Positions 19,101-27,793 of a DNA stretch of 64,000 nucleotides are shown in pieces. Position 1 is the stretch's first letter, and each line of letters opens with the position of its first letter. Source of the DNA: Candidatus Eiseniibacteriota bacterium (GTDB lineage Bacteria > Eisenbacteria > RBG-16-71-46 > JABDJR01); contig CAVXKA010000002.1 in assembly GCA_963762255.1 (NCBI GenBank), forward strand, positions 640,001 through 704,000, read 5' to 3'. The translations under genes and the position numbers were made by a program. The notes under the pieces were generated by a model. It made no database searches, was not told the origin of the DNA, and was given only the letters and a program-made list of their open reading frames with translations.

Positions 19101-21197
19101 GAGATCGGGATGGCCCGCACTGCCGAGCGCAAGCTGGAGGTGGCCCGGAAGATCCACGACATCGCCACGAAGGAGTACGGGATTCTGCCCGATGCGCTCA
19201 TCTTCGACGCCCTGACATTCACGCTGGCCACCGGCGACCCTGAGAGCGCCAACACGGCCGTGGAGACGCTGGAGGGAATCCGGCGGATCAAGGCCGCACT
19301 TCCCGGCGTGATGACATCCCTCGGGGTGTCGAACGTCTCCTATGGATTCAAGCCGGCGGCGCGCCGGGTGCTGAACAGCGTCTTCCTCTACCACGCGGTG
19401 GAGGCCGGGCTGGACATGGCCATCGTGAATCCCAAGCAGGTGACGCCGTACGCCGAGATCCCGGCCGCAGAGCGCGAGCTCGCCGAGGACCTTCTTCTCA
19501 ACCGGCGGCCGGATGCCACGGCCCGGTTCATCAGTTTCTACGAGGGGGCCAAGGCCAGGCAGGTGGAAACGGTCGATCCCACCGCCGGGCTGCCGCCGGC
19601 GGAGCGGTTGCACGCGCGCATCCTGCACCGCAAGCCGGAAGGGCTCGAAGCCGACGTGGACGCCCTTGTCGTGGCCGGCGTGCGCGAGAAGACCGGGGTG
19701 ACCGATTTCACGGCGGAGCCCGGCTATCACTTTCCCAATGCCGACACCTCGGCGGTGGCGGTGCAGGTTCTGAACCAGGTGATGCTGCCGGCTATGAAGG
19801 AGGTCGGCGACAAGTTCGGCTCCGGCGAGTTGATCCTCCCCTTCGTGCTCCAGTCGGCCGAAGTGATGAAGAAGGCGGTGGGACAGCTCGAGAAGTATCT
19901 GGAGAGGGCCGAGGGGGTCAGCAAGGGGAAGGTCGTCCTGGCCACGGTCTACGGTGACGTCCACGACATCGGCAAGAACCTGATCAAGACGATTCTGGCC
20001 AACAATGGCTACAGCGTGTACGACCTGGGCAAGCAAGTGCCGGTGAACGTGATCGTAGACCAGGCGGTGGAGCTCAAGGCCGACGCCATCGGGCTGTCGG
20101 CGCTGCTCGTGTCCACCTCGCGGCAGATGCCGCTCGTGGTCCGCGAGCTGGACCGGCGCGGATTGTCCATGCCGGTGCTGGTGGGAGGTGCGGCCATCAA
20201 CCGCCGCTTCGGCCGGGAGATCGCGCACGTGGAGGAGGATCGCCCCTACGCCGGCGGCGTGCTCTACTGCCGCGATGCGTTCGAGGGGCTGGAGACGATC
20301 GATCGGCTGGCCGATCCAGCCGCGCGCAAAGAGCTGCTGGCAGGCGAGCGTCGAGCGGCACAGGAGCAGCGGAAGCCGGCGGCGGCTGGGGGGGCCTCCG
20401 CGCAGGAAGACTCCGCCCGGTCGTTGGTGACGCCTCGACCCGAGGACGTCCCCACGCCGCCGTTCTGGGGGTCCCGCACGGTGGCCGAGCTGCCGATCGA
20501 GGAGGTCTTCTCCCGTCTCGACGAGAACAGGCTCTTCAAGATGTCCTGGGGGGCAAAGAGCAAGCTCGATGCGGAGTCGGAAGGACTGCGCGGGGAATTC
20601 GGCGCGCGCTTGGTGCGGATGAAACGCGCGGCGATCGAGGAACGGTGGTTTGCGCCTCAAGCGGTCTACGGCTACTTCCCTGCCCAAGCTGACGGCAACG
20701 ACCTGCTCATCCTCGACCCCGCCGACCATCACCAGGTGCTGGCCCGCTTCTCGTTCCCGCGGCAGAAGGGACCGGAACGTTTCTGCCTGGCGGACTACTT
20801 CCTGCCGGTCGGCTCGGCGAGGGCTGACGTTGCGGCGCTGCAGGTGGTGACCGTCGGCTCCGCGGCCACTGCGCGGTTCGACGCAATGGATGGCAAGGAC
20901 GAGTACAGCGAGGCCTATTACTTCCACGGGCTGGCCGTGCAGACCGCTCAGGCGGCCACGGACCTGCTATTCGAACGGATCCGGAAGGAGCTGGGCCTGC
21001 CGGATGGGCGCGGACGATCGTACGCGTGGGGCTTCGGTGCGTTGCCCGACGTGGAAGAGCATCGCAAGGTATTCCGCCTGCTCCCCGCGGAGCGGGACCT
21101 GGGGATGACCCTGACCTCGGCGGGGCAGATGGTGCCCGAGCAGTCCACGGCGATGCTGGTCGTGCATCACCCGGAGGCGCGGTACTTCAACGTGTAG
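16170..21197 (+). CDS. metH: MetV-MetF-MetH fusion (methylene-THF reductase plus cobalamin-dependent methionine synthase)
   Basis: CRMCGNC..CPMECPKGLRNGPCGG..C..CIW (MetV); EVAPP, NFTDNP, RDRTR, TGDH (MetF); DGAMGT, GINC, GGCCGT, IGERLN, GDVHDIGKN, PEQST (MetH); GGAGG RBS. Confidence 0.92.
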   Translation: MPGFTPGRRFQPAYLSFIRRPAAERLLALLERQTKGTLFGCRMCGNCLLQETAFICPMECPKGLRNGPCGGSTPEGCYVDPGRPCIWHHIFERADRMGRTDRLMEVLPPLDWARVGRETWGEVIDEVRRRGFGKALASFLAGREQRAAFWDPLFLGIRQPDWWQGDDAPHPALAHAPVSRLEEKLAAGRLVVTSEVAPPLSVAPEELTGTLRLLRDWIDAANFTDNPSATPRMSSLACSVLALAQGVEPVMQVAARDRTRMGLQAEILGAAALGIRNVLCLTGDHPVLGPSPQGRMDIWDIDSIQMLWILRRMRDARQYMDGRAIKNPPALFLGAAASPFSSTPRTQALRELKKVHAGAQFFQSNLIYDVEGFESYAEALDKAGVLGKTPFLAGITPVRSARAAHAMSKVPGVKIPPALIERLEKSRNPQEEGVQIALEIIDRVKRLPGISGFHIMAVGWELIVPRLVRESGLKEPPAPTGDPGISIRTPTRAPRASRPAERPPAEHTDRRYLDALTSKVLVFDGAMGTAIQMCNLTAADFGGEKTAGCNDYLVLQKPDVIEGIHASYLEAGCDVIETCTFRANRQTMAEYGLENRIPEMNRAAAVLARRAADSFSTAERPRFVAGSIGPTGMLPSSSDPELSAIAFEELADIFSEQAEALVEGGCDLLLIETSQDMLEVKAAIMGVQDAFARTGKRIPLQVQVTLDATGRMLLGTDAAAVLATLERMPVDVLGINCSTGPEHMRAPLAYLGENSSKPVSCLPNAGLPENVDGEAVYPLQPDGFAEEMADYVERFGLNAVGGCCGTTPEHIRMLVERLHGREPRPRTARPLSLVSSGITVADLVQNPRPMLIGERLNAQGSKKMKELLLAEDYGGIAAVAREQIDGGAHTLDICVAMTERRDESYLMSRVVRTLSQTVEAPLVIDTTEAEVLEAALQAAPGRIIVNAVNMENGRHRVDTMLPLIRDYGAATIALTIDEIGMARTAERKLEVARKIHDIATKEYGILPDALIFDALTFTLATGDPESANTAVETLEGIRRIKAALPGVMTSLGVSNVSYGFKPAARRVLNSVFLYHAVEAGLDMAIVNPKQVTPYAEIPAAERELAEDLLLNRRPDATARFISFYEGAKARQVETVDPTAGLPPAERLHARILHRKPEGLEADVDALVVAGVREKTGVTDFTAEPGYHFPNADTSAVAVQVLNQVMLPAMKEVGDKFGSGELILPFVLQSAEVMKKAVGQLEKYLERAEGVSKGKVVLATVYGDVHDIGKNLIKTILANNGYSVYDLGKQVPVNVIVDQAVELKADAIGLSALLVSTSRQMPLVVRELDRRGLSMPVLVGGAAINRRFGREIAHVEEDRPYAGGVLYCRDAFEGLETIDRLADPAARKELLAGERRAAQEQRKPAAAGGASAQEDSARSLVTPRPEDVPTPPFWGSRTVAELPIEEVFSRLDENRLFKMSWGAKSKLDAESEGLRGEFGARLVRMKRAAIEERWFAPQAVYGYFPAQADGNDLLILDPADHHQVLARFSFPRQKGPERFCLADYFLPVGSARADVAALQVVTVGSAATARFDAMDGKDEYSEAYYFHGLAVQTAQAATDLLFERIRKELGLPDGRGRSYAWGFGALPDVEEHRKVFRLLPAERDLGMTLTSAGQMVPEQSTAMLVVHHPEARYFNV

Positions 21198-21528
21198 GTT
21201 TGCCACCCCGGTAGAATCGAATCTGCACCCGCTCCATAGTGGCGAGCCCTTCGTTGACGGCCTCATCCACTAGCGGCAGGAATGCTTCGATCTTCTCGAG
21301 CGTGTCCACGATCTCCACGATGATCGGAAGATCCACCGAGAGTCTCAGGATCTTGGCTGTGTGAAGGCGGCTGTGGGCCCCGAAGCCCTCGGTGCCGCGC
21401 AGCACCGTCGCGCCGGCGAGACCGTGCTCGCGAGCCTTGAGCACCAGCCACTGATAGAGCGGTTTCCCATCGTGCTTGTCGGACTCTCCGATGAAGATGC
21501 GCAGCAGGTGCCCCTCTTCAGGAAGCAT
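21187..21528 (-). CDS. DUF190 (PII-like) protein
   Basis: LLRIFIGESD, GLAGATVLRG.EGFG, LS.DLPIIVEIVD. Confidence 0.92.
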   Translation of the reverse strand: MLPEEGHLLRIFIGESDKHDGKPLYQWLVLKAREHGLAGATVLRGTEGFGAHSRLHTAKILRLSVDLPIIVEIVDTLEKIEAFLPLVDEAVNEGLATMERVQIRFYRGGKPTR

Positions 21529-21532
21529 CGTC

Positions 21533-21919
21533 TCACCTCCCCGGCAGGAGTTGCGTCAACGCGGCCCCCGCCCACACGGCGCCGATCCCAAGAACCACCT
21601 GGAGTACGACCGAACTGGCGAGCGCCAGCATCTGACCGTCTCGAATCAGTTGGAAGGATTCATACCCGAACGTGGAGAACGTGCTGAACCCTCCCAGGAA
21701 ACCGATGAACAAGAATACCCGGGTTCCCCCACCGATGACACCCCGCGCCTCGGACAGGGTCGCCAGGAACCCGATCGCAAGACACGCTGCGACGTTGATG
21801 ACGAGCGTCTCGTATGGGAAACTGGCGCCCTGTTTCACTCGGTTGATGAGCCCACCGACGCCGAATCGCAGCATCGCGCCGAGGAACCCGCCGAGTCCGG
21901 CCAAGAGATAGAGTTCCAT
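21533..21919 (-). CDS. crcB: Fluoride channel FluC/CrcB
   Basis: GGFLGAMLR, FPYETL.IN, GFLGGFSTFSTF; GGAGG RBS. Confidence 0.92.
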   Translation of the reverse strand: MELYLLAGLGGFLGAMLRFGVGGLINRVKQGASFPYETLVINVAACLAIGFLATLSEARGVIGGGTRVFLFIGFLGGFSTFSTFGYESFQLIRDGQMLALASSVVLQVVLGIGAVWAGAALTQLLPGR

Positions 21920-22005
21920 CCAGATCACCCTCCGAAACCGGCGTCGCCCGGCCGTTGCAGTCTCGGGTTGCGGGTCCGGTGCTTCGTCCGAGTCAACGAT
22001 CATCT

Positions 22006-22143
22006 TCACGATACGGACCCCGTTCCTTGAATAACTAGCGGGTTCAGCAGGGTCGACTTGCCGCGCTTGGATTGGCCGACGAGGGCAACATGGAAGAGCC
22101 CCGCAGTGAGGCGGTCGGCCAACGATCGGGCATCCTCTGCGAG
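22006..22143 (-). pseudogene. N-terminal remnant of a bacterial dynamin-like GTPase
   Basis: Reads LAEDARSLADRLTAGLFHVALVGQSKRGKSTLLNPL then stops; matches the dynamin G1 region (V.VVGQFKRGKSTLLNAL). Confidence 0.65.
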
Positions 22144-22269
22144 GCGCAGGATCCGCAGTCTAGCATCCGGGGGGAGGCCGGACAACGCATGGAAAAGGGT
22201 ACCTTGACCTCGCGGCCGACTTGGTCAGTAATAGGGTGATCTATCAGCCGCGTATCGACGGGAGACCGC

Positions 22270-23844
22270 ATGTCCAACGAGCCCAAGAAGAGTCCGCTGA
22301 AGGAGATCACCCAGCCGTTCGTGGACGTATGGCACGCTCCGCGGGCTCTGTGGGGCGTGAACCTCGGCTACACGCTCGAGGGGTTGGCCTACTTCGGCGT
22401 GCTGGGCTACCTCACCATCTACTTCTCGCAGCAGGTCTTCGCCGGGGTGCCGAACCCCGATACCTATGCCCACAACATGGTGGCGGTGCTGACCGGCGGG
22501 ATCACCATCTCCATGCTGTTCCTGGGCTTCGTGCCCGACAAAGTGGGCGTGCGCCGGACGCTCATCTGGTCGTTTGTCCTGCTGGTCATCGGACGGGTGC
22601 TGATCGCCGCCGCGCCGACGCTGCTCCACCTGCGCGCGGGTCTCTGGTCGCCACTCCACCTGACCACGATGCTGGGCATCATCATCATCGTCATCGGTTA
22701 CGGCGTCTACCAACCCGCGGCCTACGCAGCAGTGCGGCAGTTCACGAGCCCCAGGAATTCGGGCATGGCCTTCGCCATGCTGTATGCGCTCATGAACCTG
22801 GGCGGATGGTTCCCGACATTCGCCTTCCTTTTGCGCGACACCGCGGGAATGGGCATCACCGGGACCTTCTGGGTCTATGCCGCGATCACCGTGCTGGGAC
22901 TGATCTCGACCGTGCTCCTGCTGACCTCCGACACGGTGCGGAAGGCCATCGCCGGAGCCAAGGCCGACACCGCCCGCGAGCAGGCGGCGGAGTCCAAACC
23001 GGCGGATGAGAAGAAGCCGGAGGCGCCGGCGAAGGGCGTCACGGGGCGCTATCCCCCGGTGCAGATGTGGCTCCTCATGGCCATGTGCGCTGCCGCGCTC
23101 TGGTGGAAGGTGCCCGCCGGCCCCCCGCTGGCCGGCCTGCCGCTCAACATCGCGATCGCGCTGCTCGCGGCCGTGGTCTGGGTCGCTCTCGCGCTGGTGC
23201 CGGCGACCGGCCGCTACCTGGCGCGGCACCCGTTGGCCGACCGCAAGTTCTTCTTCTTCATCTTCGCCCTGATCCCGGTACAAACGCTGTTCACCTACAA
23301 CTGGCTCGTGCTGCCGGAGTACATCAATCGTGCCTACACCGGCTGGGTCGGCCGGTACTTCGAGGTCGCCTCCAACTTCAATCCTATCCTGATCTTCGTC
23401 CTCACGCCGATCATCGCCGCGCTGACGATGAGGAAGAAGGTCTACAACGTGATGATCTGGGGCACCTTCATCATGGCGGCTCCGGCTTTCCTGCTGGCCA
23501 TCGGGACCTACTGGTGGACCCTGTACCTCTACCTCATCGTCATGACGGTCGGCGAGGCCATGTGGTCGCCGCGCTTTCTGCAGTATGCGGCGGAGATCGC
23601 GCCTGAAGGGCGGACCGGGGAGTACATGGGCGTGGCTCAGCTACCCTGGTTCCTGACCAAGGTGCTGGTGCCGCTGCTCTACTCCGGGTACATGATGGAC
23701 CGTTACTGCCCGGCGCCCGAGACGGGCAGGGCCGCCAACACCCAGCCCATGTGGCTCATCTTCGGGATCATCGCGATGGGCTCGACCGTCTTGCTGCTGC
23801 TGGCGAAGAACTGGGCGGGGAAGGACTTCAAGGCGCAGGCGTAG
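22270..23844 (+). CDS. MFS transporter (POT/peptide-like)
   Basis: Many TM helices; LEGLAYFG, LYALMNLGG, GEAMWSPR...IAPEGRTGEYMG. Confidence 0.85.
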   Translation: MSNEPKKSPLKEITQPFVDVWHAPRALWGVNLGYTLEGLAYFGVLGYLTIYFSQQVFAGVPNPDTYAHNMVAVLTGGITISMLFLGFVPDKVGVRRTLIWSFVLLVIGRVLIAAAPTLLHLRAGLWSPLHLTTMLGIIIIVIGYGVYQPAAYAAVRQFTSPRNSGMAFAMLYALMNLGGWFPTFAFLLRDTAGMGITGTFWVYAAITVLGLISTVLLLTSDTVRKAIAGAKADTAREQAAESKPADEKKPEAPAKGVTGRYPPVQMWLLMAMCAAALWWKVPAGPPLAGLPLNIAIALLAAVVWVALALVPATGRYLARHPLADRKFFFFIFALIPVQTLFTYNWLVLPEYINRAYTGWVGRYFEVASNFNPILIFVLTPIIAALTMRKKVYNVMIWGTFIMAAPAFLLAIGTYWWTLYLYLIVMTVGEAMWSPRFLQYAAEIAPEGRTGEYMGVAQLPWFLTKVLVPLLYSGYMMDRYCPAPETGRAANTQPMWLIFGIIAMGSTVLLLLAKNWAGKDFKAQA

Positions 23845-23898
23845 CGAGGGACCCACCGCCTCTCGTGCTTCCCCTCGTCACGCCCCTCTCCCGCTTCC

Positions 23899-25834
23899 TC
23901 AGCGGAAGAACTGGATGTAGAGGTACGGATAACCGCTGTCCCAGTTCGTCGAGACATAGTCGTAATCGTAACTTGTACCGTAATCCGGGTGATGCGAGAT
24001 ACTGCGGGTCATGCTGACGAACACGTTTCTCGCGTTGCTGCCTTGCATGCCGAAATCAAATCCGTCGTATGGGACCAGGTTGTAGTCCTCGTCGTGCGGG
24101 AGGTTCTTGAGCTTCAACTGCGTGGTCTCTATGTGCCAGCCGCCCTGGAAGGACCTCATGACGTAGGTATCTACCGCCGTCACCATGCGGCCGTCCGCGC
24201 TGACACTGCCGGTGATCGTGAAGATGTGGTGGTCGTCCTGCTCATTGGTCGAGTCGAGCGTGAAGGAGAAGTTTCTCCCGCTCCACGACAGCGGCGCGAG
24301 CCCGATGCTCGGTTCCGGATTGTAGTAGCCGGCATCGATCAACTCGTCCCGCGTCGCGCCGGTGTAAACATTGGTCGCCGAGAACCAGACGACCACCGCC
24401 CGCGTTGCGAGCAACTGCTGCAGGAAGCTGGTGTCAGCTACCGTGTACTCCTCCGACCGTACGAACATCCCGCCGATACGGTACTCCGCGACGACGATGT
24501 CCCCGTTCTTGAGCGTAAGCCCTTCGACGGTGAACCCCCCGTCGCTGCGCAGCGTCCCCTGTCCGACCGCCTTGTTGGCCACGTAGATGAACACCCGGCC
24601 CGCCACCGTCGACACCAGAGGAATACTCCGCATCGGCGTTCAGGGACACCGAGCCTTCCACCTTCCCATCCTCCTTGGCGGAGGAGATGGATACCTCGAG
24701 CTTTGGAATGAAGAGCCGGATGACGTTCGCCCCGGCCTCGATGATGTTGGGGATCAGCACCGCGCTCTGCGACTCGACGCACTCCGCGTCCATGTAAGGA
24801 TAGGTGCGCTGCAGGAAAAACCCCTCGTCCTTGCACATCACCACGGTCTGCCCCCCCGGGAAGGCCTTCGTGAACTTGTACGTGCCGGGGTTGTAGGTCA
24901 GCTGCTCCAGTTTCGGAGACGCGTAGGGCGAGGACGGCCGGATGATCTGCTGGTACGTGGACGCCCCGGTGCCGCTGATGGTCTGGGCCGTGAAGAAGTT
25001 GCTGTTGGTGAAGCGCGCGAGTTCTTCAAAGATCACGTCCGCCCGGTCCGCCGCGCGCACCGCGGTTTTGAGCGCCGGGTCCGCCGCTCCCGCTGCGTAC
25101 TCTGTGACGTAGGACGGCTTGACCAGTTCCTCGTACGGATCGGGGTCGCCGAGCGCGATGCGGTACGTCCAGCCGACCGGGGCGGCATGACTGTCGTTGC
25201 GCACGTGCGGAGGACACCCCATGTCGGCCACGAGATGCAGCGTCTCGCCAAGACAGCGCCACGCCCGCGCCATGTGCTGGTCGCGCTTCGTCTCGTCCGC
25301 CTCCGCCAGCGCCTTGCGCATCCACTCCTTCCCCTTGTCCCACGTCCATGTGTTCCCGCTGTTATGCAGCGCCCAATCCTTCGCGTCGATATGTGGGTTG
25401 AGGAGGTTGTTGTTGATGATGAACTCCCAGTACGTGCCGCGATCGGAGAGGTACTTCTTCCCGCCGTCGATGCCCAGCGGATCGTAGAAATGCCGCAGCG
25501 CGGCGGGAACCTCCGGCTCGTCGGCCGAATAGCCGCCGTGCGAGATCCACTGCTTCGGCGTCTTCGTCACCATCGATTCGCCCGTCGTGGAGGCGAAGTA
25601 CCCGGGATTCGTCACCGCGGGTCCCTCGAACACCGAACTGCCGTCGAAGACGAAGACGTAGTGCTTGAAGGTATCCGGACTGCCGAGCCCGGTGACGAAA
25701 CGGTCGACGAAGGCGTCGACGATCGGTTCGTTGATGGCGGGATGCATGTCCTTGTTGCCGTAGCCCGAGACCATCAACGAGAGGGCGAGGCAACTGAGGG
25801 CGCCGGCGAGCCAGGAGAGGATTCTGCGTATCAT
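23899..25834 (-). CDS. Secreted Zn phospholipase C/P1-nuclease-fold protein with beta-rich C-terminus; +1 frameshift near 24600-24620
   Basis: Signal peptide then YGNKDMH, ADEPE..RHFYDP, LGETLHLVADMGCPPHVRNDSH..PYE; coding signal switches from ORF 24434-25834 to ORF 23899-24633. Confidence 0.7.
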
Positions 25835-25844
25835 GGCGTCCTCC

Positions 25845-26240
25845 TCAGAACCGCACGAGCTTCCACACGCCGTCGTCCTGCGCGGCGAGTGCGAAGCTCA
25901 TGGTGCGGCCGCCCGCGGTATAGCGGTACTCGGCGTAGCATTCGGTATAGACGTCGAGTTGCCGCGTGTCGATCGCGTCGGCGAATTCCGGCATCCGGGC
26001 GGTCAGGGACTCGAGGTCGGCGTCGCAGATGCCCAGCGCTTCCTCGGTCATCACCGCGCGGACGGCCGCGGGATCGCCACCGCGGAACGCGTCTTCCACC
26101 GCCTGCGCGGCCTCGTGGATCTTCTCGACGTCGACCGTCGGATCCGGATCGGCGATTCGATCCCTCTCCCCGCAGTTGACGAGAAGCAGCACCCCCGCGA
26201 CCGTAATAAATCCTGCGATGAACGCTCTGAGCGCTGGCAT
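25845..26240 (-). CDS. Small lipoprotein, possible NTF2-like fold
   Basis: AAGGAGGAG RBS; lipobox LVNC; AF..GD...V..VM and DGVWKLVRF. Confidence 0.7.
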   Translation of the reverse strand: MPALRAFIAGFITVAGVLLLVNCGERDRIADPDPTVDVEKIHEAAQAVEDAFRGGDPAAVRAVMTEEALGICDADLESLTARMPEFADAIDTRQLDVYTECYAEYRYTAGGRTMSFALAAQDDGVWKLVRF

Positions 26241-26467
26241 GCTCTCCTCCTTCTTGGTGGGAGAGAAGGAAACGGCCTGGGAGCATGGGGATACTCCTGC
26301 CGGCGAAAGTACCACCGCCGGGCCGCATAATCAACGGCTAGGTCGGCGGCCTTCGAGGGCGTGGGCCTCACCTTGAACCCCACCGGACGGGGCTCGTCGG
26401 ACCGAGGCGAGGGGTGATATCGTGCGGGACACGCTTCCGTCACGGTGGAAACCATAGCGAGGTGAAT

Positions 26468-27481
26468 ATGCGCCGCTCGGCGCTCCTGCTTCTGGTGATC
26501 TTGCTTCTCGTCGCGTCCCCCTCGATGCCGGCGAGCCCACCGAATTCCTCCGACCGCCCCTTCCCGCTCCTGGCCGGAGATCCCGCGCCAGCGCTCGCGG
26601 TGAGCGCCTGGATAAAGGGCGATCCCGTGCCGCGCTTCGAGCCCGGTCGCGTCTACCTATTGGACTTCTGGGCCACCTGGTGCGGGCCCTGCGTAGCCGG
26701 CTTTCCGCACCTATCGGAGATCCAGGCTCGGCACCGTGACCGGGTGACCGTGATCGCGGTGAACGTGCTCGAGATGCAGCCGCAGTTGGTACCGGCCTTC
26801 GTGGAGAAGCAGGGGGAGAGGATGGCGTTTGCGGTGGCCACCGACTCCATTCCGGCGGGGAAGGAGGCGATGGCGGGGCTCGCGTTCACGGGATGGCTCT
26901 ACGACTCGGGGACCGATGCCATCCCCGCCGAGTTCATCGTGGACGGAGGCGGAAGGGTGGCGTGGATCGGGTTCTCGTCCGAGGCGGACAGCGTGCTGGA
27001 GGCGGTCATCGTCGGCACCTGGGACACCGACGCCTTCGCGGCGGCGTACCGGGAGAGAAAGGTGAAGGAGGCGCCCGGCTTCCGCTTCCGCCGGGAGCTC
27101 GATGCCGCCCAGGAAGACCAGGAGTGGCCCCGAATCTGGAGCCTCTCGGAAGGGTACTCGGCCGCGGACTCCGTAAGCGAGCGGAGGGAGAATCTCCACG
27201 CGGTCTGGAGCGCGCTCGGAGTCGCCGCGGCAACGATCCTCGAAGGAAACGAGACCGTCCCCGTTGACCTGGAGTGGGCGCGCCGGTTCGCGGAGCGGGC
27301 CGACAGCCTGCGCGCCGGAAATCCCTGGGCACTGTCTGTTCGGGCCCGGGTGGAGGCGCGGGCGGGACACGCGGAGATCGCCGCCGCCCTCCTCAGGCGC
27401 GCGATCGAGCTTTCCCCCGAGGCATGGAAGCCGCGCTACCAGAAGCTGCTCGAGCGGGTGGAGGCGGGCGAGCGGCCGTGA
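26468..27481 (+). CDS. TlpA-like thiol-disulfide oxidoreductase with C-terminal TPR-like helices
   Basis: GDPAP.L, LDFWATWCGPC, AIP.EFIVD; signal peptide; GAGGTG RBS. Confidence 0.88.
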   Translation: MRRSALLLLVILLLVASPSMPASPPNSSDRPFPLLAGDPAPALAVSAWIKGDPVPRFEPGRVYLLDFWATWCGPCVAGFPHLSEIQARHRDRVTVIAVNVLEMQPQLVPAFVEKQGERMAFAVATDSIPAGKEAMAGLAFTGWLYDSGTDAIPAEFIVDGGGRVAWIGFSSEADSVLEAVIVGTWDTDAFAAAYRERKVKEAPGFRFRRELDAAQEDQEWPRIWSLSEGYSAADSVSERRENLHAVWSALGVAAATILEGNETVPVDLEWARRFAERADSLRAGNPWALSVRARVEARAGHAEIAAALLRRAIELSPEAWKPRYQKLLERVEAGERP

Positions 27482-27793
27482 GCGCTGATCGGCTGCGTAC
27501 GATGGAAGCACGAGTGTTGCCGCCCCGCAGATTCCCGGTGCGCGCCGGGGTCGCGCGCAGAAGACTCGGCCCATTTCGCCCGCGCCGCGCGGGCCAACGA
27601 TCTCGAAGCGGCCGAGGCTGGTTCAGGGGGTGCGGCGTATCGGGCACATATACACGATCGCGCCACATCCTCGGAATGGCGTCTATCTCGATGTAGGATG
27701 CATACTATGATCGTCGTCGTCGGGCCAAGCTGCCTCGCTGCGAAGCTCATCATTCCCAGCACGGTGGTCGGGATCCACCCACGGAGGTGAGAC

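Noticed and set aside
21920-22260. Fluoride riboswitch upstream of crcB; TTGGCCGAC/GTCGGCCAA inverted repeat
   Set aside because: No GGxGAUG...AACxGC...UGAUGAC core found; the repeat lies within the dynamin remnant
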